DNA of 60,939 nt, counting the filler. It is 6 parts of 6 records of this genome, joined end to end, with 100 filler letters (N's around TTAATTAATTAA, not from the genome) between each part and the next. Parts side by side here need not be neighbours in the genome. Positions count along the whole stretch, not along the records: positions 5,193 to 21,064 come from SRR2962707_4236; positions 21,165 to 38,135 come from SRR2962707_4237; 4 more parts are not named here. One strand, 5' to 3'. Both the position numbers and the translations under genes were made by a program. Numbering within the stretch: position 1 is the stretch's first letter; each line of letters opens with the position of its first letter. Shown piece after piece: positions 18,532-29,551 of the stretch. The notes beneath the pieces are model-generated. The model had not been told where the DNA came from and did no database searches. It saw nothing but the letters and a program-made list of their open reading frames with translations.

Positions 18532-20057
18532 ACCCCTCCCTTCAAAGAATGATTGTCACGGCCTCCATCATGCTCGCGACGATCATGCAGACGCTCGACT
18601 CGACCATCGCAAATGTCGCCCTGCCGCACATGCAGGGCAGCTTTTCCGCGACGCAGGAGCAGATCTCATGGGTACTCACCTCCTACATCGTCGCCGCCGC
18701 CGTCTTCACGCCCACCACAGGCTTCCTCGCGACGCGGCTCGGGCGGCGCAACCTCCTCGCCGCCGCCGTCATCGGCTTCACCATCGCCTCGATGCTTTGC
18801 GGCGCGGCCACGAGTCTTTCGGAAATTGTTCTCTTCCGGCTTCTCCAGGGCATGTTTGGCGCCGCTCTCGTGCCGCTCTCCCAGGCGATCCTGCTCGACA
18901 CCTATCCGCCGGAGCAGCATGGCTCTGCGATGGCGGTATGGGGGATGGGCGTCATGGTCGGCCCCATTCTCGGGCCCGCGCTCGGCGGCTGGCTCACCGA
19001 CACCTATAGCTGGCGCTGGGTTTTCTACATTAACGTGCCCTTCGGGCTCCTCGCGCTTGCGGGCATCTTCGCCGCCAGCAAGGAAGGCTCCGTCGACAAG
19101 AGCCGCCTTTTCGACTGGATGGGCTTCGCCTGGCTCGGACTTGGCATTGCAAGCCTCCAGATCATGCTCGACAGGGGGCAGGTTCAGGACTGGTTCTACT
19201 CCACCGAAATCATCGTGGAGAGCACTATCGCCGCCCTCGCCTTCTATCTCTTCATCGTCCACACATTGACGGCGAAAGATCCTTTCATCGCGCCGCGGCT
19301 TTTTTGCGACCGCAATCTCCTCGTTGGCCTCGTTCTCATTACCGTCGTTGGCGTCATTCTTTTCGCCACCATGGCGCTGCTGCCGCCCTATCTCGAAACG
19401 CTGATGGACTATCCCGTCGTCACGACCGGGCTCGTCCTTGCGCCGCGCGGCATCGGCACCATGATCGCCATGTTCATCGTCGGCCGCCTCGTGAACCGCA
19501 TCGACATTCGACTCATCATGGCCTTCGGGATGCTGCTCACCATCTATTCGCTCTGGGAGATGTCCCGGTTCAATCTCTATATCAGCGAGGAAACGATCAT
19601 CGCGACCGGCGTCATTCAGGGTTTCGGCCTCGGCTTCATCTTCGTGCCGCTCACCACCGCGACCTTCATGACGCTCGCGCCCGAACTTCGCACCGAAGGC
19701 ACCAGCCTCTACAGCCTGATGCGAAATGTCGGGTCGAGCGTCGGTATCTCGATCACGCAGGGCCTCATCTCGCGCTATACCCAGATCAATCACGAAATCC
19801 TGTCGCGCAATGTCAGCGAGCTCAATCCGCTGCTCCGCCCCGACCACGCGCCCCCCGGCTGGGACATGCAAAGCATGCAGGGGCTCGCGCTCGCCGAAGG
19901 TGAAGTCACCCGGCAAGCCGCCTCCATTGCCTATCTCAATGACTTCAAGCTGATGATGTATCTGACCGTGCTGGCGCTTCCGCTGCTGCTTCTGCTGCGG
20001 ACCCCGCGTCATGGTCAGCCAAAATCCGCGGAAGCGCCCGCCGCGCATCTCGACTGA
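18528..20057 (+). CDS. emrB: EmrB/QacA DHA2 MFS efflux permease
   Basis: GTGA overlap with emrA; LDSTIANVALPHM, WVLTSYIVA, WRWVFYINVP. Confidence 0.92.
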   Translation: MNPSLQRMIVTASIMLATIMQTLDSTIANVALPHMQGSFSATQEQISWVLTSYIVAAAVFTPTTGFLATRLGRRNLLAAAVIGFTIASMLCGAATSLSEIVLFRLLQGMFGAALVPLSQAILLDTYPPEQHGSAMAVWGMGVMVGPILGPALGGWLTDTYSWRWVFYINVPFGLLALAGIFAASKEGSVDKSRLFDWMGFAWLGLGIASLQIMLDRGQVQDWFYSTEIIVESTIAALAFYLFIVHTLTAKDPFIAPRLFCDRNLLVGLVLITVVGVILFATMALLPPYLETLMDYPVVTTGLVLAPRGIGTMIAMFIVGRLVNRIDIRLIMAFGMLLTIYSLWEMSRFNLYISEETIIATGVIQGFGLGFIFVPLTTATFMTLAPELRTEGTSLYSLMRNVGSSVGISITQGLISRYTQINHEILSRNVSELNPLLRPDHAPPGWDMQSMQGLALAEGEVTRQAASIAYLNDFKLMMYLTVLALPLLLLLRTPRHGQPKSAEAPAAHLD

Positions 20058-20116
20058 GCGCACGCCCATTGCAGTCCTACGCCAAAAAGGTCAATCTGCG
20101 GCAAACGGGAGGCCCC

Positions 20117-21025
20117 ATGCCGGTTCAGATTCCATATGTCCGCGAGATCGAGTTCGAGTATGGCGATTGCGACGAAGTTTCGCCGCTGATCCGCCGCGTC
20201 GTTGCGAACAACCCTTCCGCCTTCACCTACAAGGGCACGGGCACCTACATCATCGGGCATGGCGAAGTCGCGGTGATCGATCCGGGCCCCCTGCTCGACG
20301 CGCATGTCGATGCGCTGCTCCGTGCGCTCGAAGGCGAGACCGTCAGCCACATCCTCATCACGCATACGCATAGCGACCACTCGCCCGCCGCAAAGCCCTT
20401 GAAGGCGCTGACGGGCGCGGAAACCTACGCCTATGGTCCACATGGTTCCGGTCAGAAGCATGCCGCCGACGATGTGCAGGTTGAAGAAGACGGCGACATG
20501 GCGTTCGTGCCCGATGTCGAAGTGCGCCACGGCGACATCATCGAAGGCGACGGCTGGACCGTCGAATGCGTCTACACGCCGGGCCATACCTCGAACCACA
20601 TGTGCTTTGCGCTCAAGGAAGAAAAGGCGCTCTTCACCGGTGATCATGTCATGGGCTGGTCGACGAGCATCGTCAGCCCGCCCGACGGCAACATGGAGCA
20701 GTACATGGCCTCGCTCCACCTGCTCCTCGAGCGCGACGACGAAATCTACTGGCCGACGCACGGCCCCGCGATCACGGACCCGAAACCCTTCGTGCGTTCC
20801 TTCATCGAACACCGCGAAGACCGCGAACGCCAGATCATGGAACAGCTCGCGGCCGGCCACACCCGCATCGAGGACATGGTGCCGATCATGTATGCAGCGG
20901 TCGACAAGCGGCTCTACCCGGCAGCGGCCCGCTCCGTCCTTGCCCACATGGAACACCTCATCGCCACCGGCGCCGTGGCGACGAAGGGAAAGCCGGCACT
21001 CAGCGGCGACTACTGGCTGGCTTAG
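20117..21025 (+). CDS. Metallo-beta-lactamase fold hydrolase (LACTB2-like)
   Basis: THTHSDH, TPGHT, FTGDHVMGW; GGAGG RBS. Confidence 0.92.
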   Translation: MPVQIPYVREIEFEYGDCDEVSPLIRRVVANNPSAFTYKGTGTYIIGHGEVAVIDPGPLLDAHVDALLRALEGETVSHILITHTHSDHSPAAKPLKALTGAETYAYGPHGSGQKHAADDVQVEEDGDMAFVPDVEVRHGDIIEGDGWTVECVYTPGHTSNHMCFALKEEKALFTGDHVMGWSTSIVSPPDGNMEQYMASLHLLLERDDEIYWPTHGPAITDPKPFVRSFIEHREDRERQIMEQLAAGHTRIEDMVPIMYAAVDKRLYPAAARSVLAHMEHLIATGAVATKGKPALSGDYWLA

Positions 21026-21038
21026 ACAAAAGATCGGT

Positions 21039-21064
21039 GTCATCCCGGCTTTCGCCGGGATGAC
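21039..21064. repeat. REP-like palindrome at contig end
   Basis: GTCATCCCGGC-TTTC-GCCGGGATGAC, ending exactly at the assembly break. Confidence 0.65.
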
Positions 21065-21164
21065 NNNNNNNNNNNNNNNNNNNNNNNNNNNNNNNNNNNN
21101 NNNNNNNNTTAATTAATTAANNNNNNNNNNNNNNNNNNNNNNNNNNNNNNNNNNNNNNNNNNNN
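21065..21164. other. Artificial contig spacer
   Basis: N-run with TTAATTAATTAA. Confidence 0.99.
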
Positions 21165-24137
21165 GGTCGAATGGCGCAGACGGGCAATCAGGTCTGTGAC
21201 CTTCATTCCTGGCAACTGTCCACCTTCACCGGGCTTAGCACCCTGTGCCACTTTGATTTCAAGCTCTTCGCAGTGGTTCAGGTATTCGGCAGTGACGCCG
21301 AAACGGCCCGAAGCGACCTGTTTGATTTTGGCCGAAGGGTTGTCGCCATTCGGTTCGGGTACAAAGTGAGCCGGATCTTCGCCGCCTTCGCCGGAGTCCG
21401 ATTTGGCGCCGATACGGTTCATCGCGACGTTTAGGGTTTTATGCGCTTCAGGAGACAGCGCCCCCAAAGACATACCCGGAGTCACAAAGCGTTTGCGGAT
21501 CGACGTAATGCTTTCCACCTCTTCCAGTGGAATTGCATCCCGAACGGTTTTGATCGCCAAAAGGTCCCGCAAATGGATGGGCGGGTTGGCTTGCATGGTT
21601 TTGGAATACTGCTGCCACATGGCGTAAGACGCATTATTACACGCCGCTTGCAAAAGGTGCATATTCTGAGCGCCCCACGCGTGGGTTTCGCCAGATTTCC
21701 GCATTTTGTAAAAGCCGCCTATAGGAAGGACATCCTGACCACCGCGCATGCCCAATTTGTGGACTTCTTCAGTTTTGGTCTGAATACCGCTGACGCCGAT
21801 ACCGGAAATCCGGCTGAGCATTCCGGGGAAATACTCGGCACACATTGCACGGCTCAGTCCGACAGCTTCGAAGTTCAGACCGCCACGATAGGACGAGATG
21901 ACAGAGATACCCATCTTGGACATAATCTTGAGCAAGCCCTGATCAATCGCGTCGCGGAAGTTGCAAACCGCTTGGGTCAAAGTCATGTCCAGCAAGCCAC
22001 GTTCAATGCGGTCAGCCAGAGAATCTTCTGCCAGATACGCGTTGACGATGGTAGCACCGGCGCCAATCAGAACCGCAAAATAATGCGGATCGATACATTC
22101 GGCGGAACGGACATTCAGGCTACAGAACGTGCGCAATCCTTTGCGAGTCAGGTGGCTGTGAACCGCACTGGTGGCAAGGATCATTGGCATACCGACTTTG
22201 TCAGCGTCCACAGCTTGGTCCGTCAGGATCAGATGGCCCGCGCCAGAGCGGACGGCATCTTCGGCTTCGGTGCGGATACGCTCCAAACCTTGACGCAAAG
22301 CGCCTGCGCCTGAGTCTGCTGGGAAAGTACAGTCGATTTCAACGCAGTCTGCATTGAACTGCTTTTTCAACGCGTCAAACTGAGCATTGCCAACAAAGGG
22401 GCTGTCCAGAACCAAAATCTCGGTCTGGGAGCTGGATTCGTCGAGAACGTTTTTCAGATTCCCAAACCGAGTCTTCAGGCTCATGACGCGATATTCGCGC
22501 AAGCTGTCGATTGGAGGGTTTGTTACCTGGCTAAAGTTCTGACGGAAGTAGTGGCTTAATGGGCGATACTTCTTGGACAGAACAGCACTAGGCGTGTCGT
22601 CCCCCATAGACGCCAAAGATTCTTTGGAGTCTTCGGCCATAGGTGCCAGGATTTGCTCCAGCTCTTCGATAGAATAGCCAGCTGCAATCTGACGGCGGCG
22701 CAATTCGGCCCCGGAAAACACAGGTGTTTCGGTGACTTCGGCCAAAATTGTGTCAAGCTCATTGATCTTGCCAACCCAGTCGCCAAATGGCTGGCTGGCG
22801 GCCAGTTTGTCTTTGATTTCGACGTCGTGATAAAGCTTGCCCTCTGCCATATCGACAGCCAGCAGTTGACCTGGGCCAAGCGCGCCTTTTTCACGAACAG
22901 TGCCTTCGTCCACAGGAACCATGCCTGCTTCTGAACCAGCAATCAGCAAACCATCGCCGGTTACGACATAACGCATTGGGCGCAGGCCGTTCCGGTCAAG
23001 ACCAGCGCAGACCCAACGTCCATCAGTCATCGCCAATGCAGCGGGGCCATCCCATGGCTCCATGACAGAGTTACAATAGCTGTACATGTCACGCCAAGAT
23101 TGCGGCAGCTCGACGGCTTGCTTGGACCAGGATTCTGGCACCAGCATTGTCTTTGCCATTGGAGCGCTGCGACCGGCACGAACCAATACTTCGAAGACGC
23201 CATCCAAAGCCGCGGAATCAGACGCACCATTGGCGATGATTGGCTTGATGTCTTCGGCCATGTCCCCAAAGGCAGAGCTGGCCATGCGGATTTCGTGGCT
23301 CTTCATCCAGTTGACGTTGCCTTTGAGCGTGTTGATTTCGCCGTTATGGGCCAACATGCGGAACGGCTGAGCCAGCCACCACTGTGGGAACGTGTTTGTC
23401 GAATAGCGTTGGTGATAGATCGCAAAGGCGGATTCGAAACGCTCGTCCTGCAGATCAGGATAGAATTCCGCAACTTGCTCAGCCAGCATCATACCTTTGT
23501 AGATAATCGAACGGCAGGAAAGCGATGCAATGTACAGCCCGTGAATACCGGCCGCAGCGGCAGCTTTCTCAATCCGGCGGCGGATGACGTAAAGCTCACG
23601 TTCAAACTCTTCTTCACCAATGCCTTTGGCATTCGAGATGAGGATCTGCTCGATCTCAGGGCGTGTGGCGTTGGCTTTTTCACCAAGGCAGCTCACGTCC
23701 ACAGGCACATGGCGCCAGCCATAGATGTAGTGACCCATCCGCAGAACTTCTGTTTCCAGAATGGTTCGGCAGGTTTCCTGTGCGCCAAAGTCAGTGCGGG
23801 GCAGGAACACCTGACCGACGGCCATCAACTGGTCTTTGCGAGGCGCGTGGCCGGTGCGTTCAATCTGGTCGTAGAAAAAGGCGACAGGGATTTGAACGTG
23901 GATACCCGCGCCATCGCCGGTTTTCCCGTCGGCGTCTACAGCACCACGGTGCCAAATCGCTTTTAGCGCTGTGATGCCAGCATCAACAACTTTGCGGCTT
24001 GGCTTGCCGTCCAACGAGACAACAAGGCCAACCCCACAAGACGAATGCTCTTCGTCTTCAGAGTAAAGACCGTTCTCGGCCATCCACGCGCGCTTTGCTT
24101 CTTCAGCAGCTACCCAGTTTTCATCGTACTTGGTCAT
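21165..24137 (-). CDS. gltB: Glutamate synthase large subunit, 3'-truncated
   Basis: SSCGVG, HQRYSTNT, AHNGEINT, GMSLGALS, IKQVASGRFGV, QGAKPGEGGQLPG. Confidence 0.98.
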
Positions 24138-24195
24138 GGCATTTATCCTCCATGCTGTGCCGCTTTGCGGCAAATTCGTATCTTAGGCCGCGTGA

Positions 24196-24630
24196 TCACG
24201 CGTCGCCTGTATCCACGCCGTAAAGCGCAAAGGTTTCCGTGCGTGTCAGGCGAGGGTGGTCGCCTGTCAAAGCATAGTTGTCAGGTTTTTGGTCAATGAA
24301 GATTTCCCGTTGCAAGGGCAGGCCGCTCGGTTCATCAAACAGACCCAGCGCGACTTCGTAATCCCCAGCACCGTCAGTACCTTTGTCAAAACGGTACCAA
24401 AGGCCGGACCCGCATTTTGAGCAAAACGCCCGTGACGCCCAATCAGATGAGCGGAAGGACGTAATGTTTTCGGCCCCCTCAATCTGCATGGCGTCCGCAG
24501 GAACTGTCACAGCAAACAATGCAGAGCCTTGCCAGCGACGGCATTGCTCACAATGGCACACACCAAAATTACCCGCTTCAGAGGCGGTAAATTTCACGGC
24601 GCTGCACATGCACTGTCCAGTTTTCTTCAT
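24196..24630 (-). CDS. GFA/CENP-V family Zn protein
   Basis: CMC, CHCEQC, FCSKCGS. Confidence 0.9.
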   Translation of the reverse strand: MKKTGQCMCSAVKFTASEAGNFGVCHCEQCRRWQGSALFAVTVPADAMQIEGAENITSFRSSDWASRAFCSKCGSGLWYRFDKGTDGAGDYEVALGLFDEPSGLPLQREIFIDQKPDNYALTGDHPRLTRTETFALYGVDTGDA

Positions 24631-24647
24631 ATCCCTAAGCCCTGAAC

Positions 24648-26081
24648 TTATTCAGCCGCCACGGCAGACGCCGCATTCAACTGATCAAGAATGGCCTCAG
24701 CGCAATCACGTCCGTCACGGATCGCCCAGACAACCAACGAAGCACCGCGCACGATGTCGCCAACTGCGTAGACGCCCGGCAAGGCCGTTTTACCCGTGGT
24801 GAATTCCGCTTTGATTGTGCCCCAACGGGTCACTTCCAATTCGGGGGTGTTCCACAGTGTCGGCAGATCCTCTGGTTCAAAACCAAGGGCTTTGATCACC
24901 ATATCCACAGGCTCTGAATAGTCGGACCCTTCGATCAGCTCAGGGCTTTGACGGCCCGTCGCATCAGGAAGACCCAGACGCATTTTTTGAACGATCACGG
25001 ACTCAACATGGTCACCTGTGAAGCCCTTGGGCGCGGTGAGCCATTCAAATTCGACACCTTCTTCTTCGGCATTTTGCACTTCGCGTTGTGAACCGGGCAT
25101 ATTGGCACGGTCACGACGGTAGAGACATTTTACGCTTTCCGCGCCCTGACGAATCGCTGTGCGGACACAGTCCATCGCCGTGTCGCCACCGCCGATGACG
25201 ACAATCTTTTTGCCCTCAGCGTTCAGCTCTCCACTGTCAAATTCGGCCACGTCGTCGCCAAAGCTCTTGCGGTTAGAGGCGGTCAAATAGTCGATGGCGC
25301 GCACGATGCCATCAGCACCCGCACCGGGGCCTTGCAGGTCACGTGTCTTATAAACGCCTGTGGCGATAATCACCGCGTCGTGGGCATTGCGAATGTCTTC
25401 GAAGGACAAATCTTCGCCGACCGTACAGTTCAGTTTGAACGTCACGCCACCCTGCTCAAGCAGTTCATTGCGACGCATGACAATGTCTTTTTCCAGCTTA
25501 AAGCCGGGAATGCCATAAGTCAGCAAACCGCCTGCGCGATCATAGCGATCATAAATCGTTACCTGAACACCAGCCCGGCGCAGCATGTCCGCTGCGGCCA
25601 AACCGCCTGGTCCGGCACCAATAATGCCAACACTTTCAGTACGTTCCTGCGATGGGGAAACTGGCTTAACCCAGCCTTTTTCCCATGCCGTGTCCGTAAT
25701 GTACTTTTCAACGGAGCCGATTGTTACGGTGCCGTGGCCAGATTGCTCAATGACACAATTCCCTTCGCACAACCGGTCCTGTGGGCAAATGCGTCCACAG
25801 ATCTCGGGGAAGGTGTTTGTGGCTTGGCTGACTTCATAGGCTTCCTGCAAACGGCCCGTCGCCGTGAGCCGCAGCCAGTCAGGAATGTTATTGTGCAGAG
25901 GGCAATGGCTCTGGCAATAAGGCACGCCGCATTGGCTGCAGCGGCTTGCTTGCTCATTTGCCTTCGCCTCAGCGAACTCGGCATAGATCTCGTCGAAGTC
26001 TTTGTTGCGGGCTTCTGCTTCCCGCTTTTCAGGCATTGCCCGCTCGACTTGCACGAATTTCAGCATCGGCTGTTTTGCCAT
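24648..26081 (-). CDS. gltD: Glutamate synthase small subunit
   Basis: CSQCGVPYC, GRICPQ, IIGAGPGG, VIGGGDTAMDC, GDIVRGASLVV. Confidence 0.97.
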   Translation of the reverse strand: MAKQPMLKFVQVERAMPEKREAEARNKDFDEIYAEFAEAKANEQASRCSQCGVPYCQSHCPLHNNIPDWLRLTATGRLQEAYEVSQATNTFPEICGRICPQDRLCEGNCVIEQSGHGTVTIGSVEKYITDTAWEKGWVKPVSPSQERTESVGIIGAGPGGLAAADMLRRAGVQVTIYDRYDRAGGLLTYGIPGFKLEKDIVMRRNELLEQGGVTFKLNCTVGEDLSFEDIRNAHDAVIIATGVYKTRDLQGPGAGADGIVRAIDYLTASNRKSFGDDVAEFDSGELNAEGKKIVVIGGGDTAMDCVRTAIRQGAESVKCLYRRDRANMPGSQREVQNAEEEGVEFEWLTAPKGFTGDHVESVIVQKMRLGLPDATGRQSPELIEGSDYSEPVDMVIKALGFEPEDLPTLWNTPELEVTRWGTIKAEFTTGKTALPGVYAVGDIVRGASLVVWAIRDGRDCAEAILDQLNAASAVAAE

Positions 26082-26302
26082 GGTGCTTCACTCCCGTAAT
26101 ACGTTTGGAACGTTCTCATACGGGATGCTCGCAGGAAATAAAAGTCAGTTATGCTGACCTATATTAATAATTTTTGTGTGTAATTGCGGTGATTTTTCTG
26201 CGAGGCGGCAAAAATTGGTATCAATCCGGACCTAATAAAGGGCTTCCCTTTGAAATCAAACCATTTATACCAAGAAGTGAAAAAACAGTCTGGACCGATG
26301 GT

Positions 26303-27106
26303 ATGGCCTTTACCCAGCTTCTTTTACTCGCCCTGATTCAAGGGATCACAGAGTTTCTTCCAATTTCTTCGTCAGGTCACCTGATTCTTTTGCCAAGCCT
26401 GACCGGAATGGCGGATCAGGGGCAGGTTATTGACGTCTCTGTCCACGTAGGAACACTTTTTGCAGTGGTGCTGTATTTTTGGGCAGACGTGAAAGAGGCG
26501 GCGCTTGGCATTCCACGTATGCTGCGGGGCAAAATAGACACGCCCGGGGCGTTCCTGGCCTTTTGTCTTTTGATAGCAACAATCCCGGTTATTTTGTTCG
26601 GCCTTGCTCTGAAAGTAACAGGTTTGGATGACATGTTACGCTCTGTCGCAGTCATTGGATGGACGATGCTTGGGTTCGGCATTGTACTTTATTGGGCTGA
26701 CCAAAAAGGCGGAACGGCCAAAACGGACAAGGACTGGAGTGTTAAAGACGCGCTGATTATGGGGGTTTGGCAAGCCATTGCCCTGATTCCCGGAACATCG
26801 CGCTCTGGTATCACCATCACCGCAGCCCGTCAGATGGGGTATGGGCGGGAAGGGGCGGCCAAGCTTGCTATGCTTATGTCGATTCCAACCATCATTGCCT
26901 CTGGGACATTGCTTGGAGCCGAAGTTCTGTCGACTGCGGATGCAGCGGCGGCCAAAGACGGTGCTATCGCGGCGTTTCTTTCCTTTGTTGCGGCGTTACT
27001 CGCACTGACGCTGATGATGCGCTTACTGAAGTCCGTCAGTTTCACACCCTATGTGATCTACCGCGTTATTCTCGGGATCATTTTGTTGGTTTATGCCTAC
27101 AGCTAG
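26303..27106 (+). CDS. uppP: Undecaprenyl-diphosphate phosphatase
   Basis: QGITEFLPISSSGH, PGTSRSGIT. Confidence 0.96.
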   Translation: MAFTQLLLLALIQGITEFLPISSSGHLILLPSLTGMADQGQVIDVSVHVGTLFAVVLYFWADVKEAALGIPRMLRGKIDTPGAFLAFCLLIATIPVILFGLALKVTGLDDMLRSVAVIGWTMLGFGIVLYWADQKGGTAKTDKDWSVKDALIMGVWQAIALIPGTSRSGITITAARQMGYGREGAAKLAMLMSIPTIIASGTLLGAEVLSTADAAAAKDGAIAAFLSFVAALLALTLMMRLLKSVSFTPYVIYRVILGIILLVYAYS

Positions 27107-27112
27107 GCCAAA

Positions 27113-27583
27113 TTAGACCCGGTGATAGGGACTGCCCGCAAGAATGGAAACGGCGCGATAAATTTGTTCACTTAACATGACACGCACCATCATGTGGGGC
27201 CAAACCATCTTACCAAAGGACAACAGCATGTCGGCCTCGGCCCGCAAGGTTGGGTCAATCCCGTCGGCACCGCCGATGATAAAGGCAAGGTCGCGCGTGC
27301 CCGTGTCGCGCCATTTGGCAAGGCGATTGGCAAAATCGGGAGAGCTCATTACTTTGCCGCGCTCATCAAGGGCGCAAAGGATACACCCCTTGGGCAAGGA
27401 CTTGCGCAGCAGATCTGCCTCAGCAGACATGCCACCGCCTTTGCGGTCTTCGACTTCATGTATGGAAACAGGCCCAAACCCTAAGGCGCGGCCACTTTTG
27501 TCGACCCGACCAAGGTAGTCTTTAATCAAAGTCTCTTCAGGGCCGGTACGTAACCGGCCCACAACGCATAAATGAACGCGCAT
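27113..27583 (-). CDS. rlmH: 23S rRNA m3-pseudouridine-1915 methyltransferase
   Basis: LDERGK, FIIGGADG, EQIYRA, GSPYHR. Confidence 0.96.
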   Translation of the reverse strand: MRVHLCVVGRLRTGPEETLIKDYLGRVDKSGRALGFGPVSIHEVEDRKGGGMSAEADLLRKSLPKGCILCALDERGKVMSSPDFANRLAKWRDTGTRDLAFIIGGADGIDPTLRAEADMLLSFGKMVWPHMMVRVMLSEQIYRAVSILAGSPYHRV

Positions 27584-27584
27584 C

Positions 27585-27998
27585 TTAAGAGGTCTGCAGC
27601 GCCCCCGCGGGCATCCACATTTTTTCTAGCTGATAGAATTCACGCACTTCGGGACGGAAGACATGGACGATAACATCGCCCGCATCAATCAGAACCCAAT
27701 CGCCGGTATCTTTGCCTTCTACTTTAGACAAGATACCCAGCTCATGCTTAAGTTCTTCTACCACTTTGTCGGCCAAAGCCGAAACTTGGCGCGACGAACG
27801 ACCTGAGCAAACGACCATATGGTCGCCAATCGAAGATTTACCGCGCAGACTAATCTGAACGACTTCTTCGGCTTTGTTTTCGTCGAGTGTTTTCAGGATT
27901 AGAGCAAGCGTCTTATCGCTTGTCGTTCCCATTTGAACGGTGCCCGTCATGGGCAACCCCGGTTCAACGGCCGCAACCGTGTCAGCGGAAAGAGACAG
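27585..27998 (-). CDS. rsfS: Ribosome silencing factor (probable CTG start; alternative ATG 28028)
   Basis: SGRSSRQV, DWVLIDAGDVIVHVFRPEVREFYQLEKMW; AAGGAGG 8 nt before CTG. Confidence 0.93.
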   Translation of the reverse strand: MSLSADTVAAVEPGLPMTGTVQMGTTSDKTLALILKTLDENKAEEVVQISLRGKSSIGDHMVVCSGRSSRQVSALADKVVEELKHELGILSKVEGKDTGDWVLIDAGDVIVHVFRPEVREFYQLEKMWMPAGALQTS

Positions 27999-28140
27999 AT
28001 CATTGTCCTCCTTAAGGCTCGCCGACATGACCCCGGCGCTGGGCTATTAGGTTAAATATAGCATCGGTAAAGTGAAATCTCAATGACACGCAATATGTCT
28101 GTGTCCAAATTGCACCGGGCCGAAAAAGTAAAATCAGCTC

Positions 28141-29499
28141 TTACCTCAATTTCTTAAGGATATTCAAGGAGGCATATCCGTCTGGCGTTTGATTGATCGA
28201 ACGTTGAAACGCGCGCACCGCCTGAATTGTCAGCGGGCCAATCTTGCCATCAACCCCCTTCGTATCAAAACCTTTGGCTGTCAGACGCCGCTGCATTTCT
28301 TTGCGTTCTGAGAAGGTCAGCGCCCGGTCGCCCCGCGGCCATTTCGCCTTGATCGCGCCGCCGCCGCCAATGCGATCGCTCAGGTGACCAACACCGATCA
28401 CATAGGCGTCTGCTGTGTTGTATCGCTCAATCACATCGAAGTTTTTAAAGATTAAAAACGCAGCCCCCTGCGCTCCGGCGGGGAGCAATACTGAGGCTGA
28501 CCCGAAATCGCGAACAGCTGCGCCATTCATACCTTTGACCCCGAGTTTTGCCCAGTCAGAGGGCATTTTCTTGATTTTTCTGTTTGCTAGTGCATAGTTA
28601 AAGCCCTTGGGCAATGACACTTCGACCCCCCATGGTCTGTCTTTTTGCCAACCATACCGCGCCAAATAGGCGGCGGTTGAGGCTAAGGCATCCGTTGGAT
28701 CATCTGACCAGATATCCCGTTTGCCATCCCCATTGAAATCGACTGCCAGGGACAAGAAAGAGCTTGGGATGAATTGCGTATGCCCCATCGCGCCCGCCCA
28801 GCTTCCGGTGAAACTTCTGGGATGAACGTCACCGGTCTGGAGGATGCGCAAGGCCGAGATCAACTGTCCTTCGAAAAAACGCCCGCGCCGCCCGTCATAG
28901 GCCAGAGTCGCCAATGAGCCGATCACCGGTTCAGATCCCCGGAAGGTGCCATATGCTGATTCCAGCCCCCAAATCGCAACAACAACCTCTTTGTCGACTT
29001 TATATTTGCGCTCAATTGCGGCCAGTAATTTGGCGTGTTTTCGCAATGCGGCCTTTCCGTTTTTGATACGGGTGGCCGAGGCAGCGCTGTCGAGATAGTC
29101 CCAAATAGTTTTGGTAAACTCTGATTGATTCCGATCCAGCTTGACGATTCTGGGGTCATATTCCGCGCCATGAAAAGCACGATCAAATGTCGCGGCACTG
29201 ATCCCGGCCCGAAGTGCGCGCACGCGAAACCCCTTGATCCACGCGGCGAAACCATTGTGTTTGGATGCGGGAATAATGTTTTCCAAACGTTTGGATAAAT
29301 TCGGACGCAGGGATGGGCGCAACGACACTTTTGGGGATTGGACGCCTTGCGTCGCTGCGGGAATTACCTTCTCAAATGTTGGCCGCTCTACCGGCCGTAA
29401 GGACCGGTCAACCAAACCCGCATAGGCGGTTCCAGCTGCAAATGAACCTGCCAGAAAAATGGCGGAGAAATGCTTACTCATAATACGTACCCTAGCCAT
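28141..29499 (-). CDS. Lytic murein transglycosylase (MltB/SLT_2) with peptidoglycan-binding domain
   Basis: AIWGLESAYG, GSWAGAMGHTQFIPS, DALASTA; C-terminal DGKIGPLT...FQ. Confidence 0.93.
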   Translation of the reverse strand: MARVRIMSKHFSAIFLAGSFAAGTAYAGLVDRSLRPVERPTFEKVIPAATQGVQSPKVSLRPSLRPNLSKRLENIIPASKHNGFAAWIKGFRVRALRAGISAATFDRAFHGAEYDPRIVKLDRNQSEFTKTIWDYLDSAASATRIKNGKAALRKHAKLLAAIERKYKVDKEVVVAIWGLESAYGTFRGSEPVIGSLATLAYDGRRGRFFEGQLISALRILQTGDVHPRSFTGSWAGAMGHTQFIPSSFLSLAVDFNGDGKRDIWSDDPTDALASTAAYLARYGWQKDRPWGVEVSLPKGFNYALANRKIKKMPSDWAKLGVKGMNGAAVRDFGSASVLLPAGAQGAAFLIFKNFDVIERYNTADAYVIGVGHLSDRIGGGGAIKAKWPRGDRALTFSERKEMQRRLTAKGFDTKGVDGKIGPLTIQAVRAFQRSINQTPDGYASLNILKKLR

Positions 29500-29551
29500 G
29501 TGATATGATCAGAAGACTAACGGAAACACTTTGTTTTTAAAACTTGCACAA

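Noticed and set aside
6939..20069. Many long antisense or alternate-frame ORFs (e.g. 6939-8489, 9528-10907, 15138-16325, 18666-20069)
   Set aside because: Shadow ORFs of high-GC genes with no recognisable motifs
20117..21025. Beta-lactamase resistance gene next to EmrAB
   Set aside because: No signal peptide; generic LACTB2-like MBL-fold hydrolase
24196..24630. GFA gene between gltD and gltB as a novel glutamate synthase subunit
   Set aside because: Small insertions between gltD and gltB are common; nothing in the sequence links it functionally
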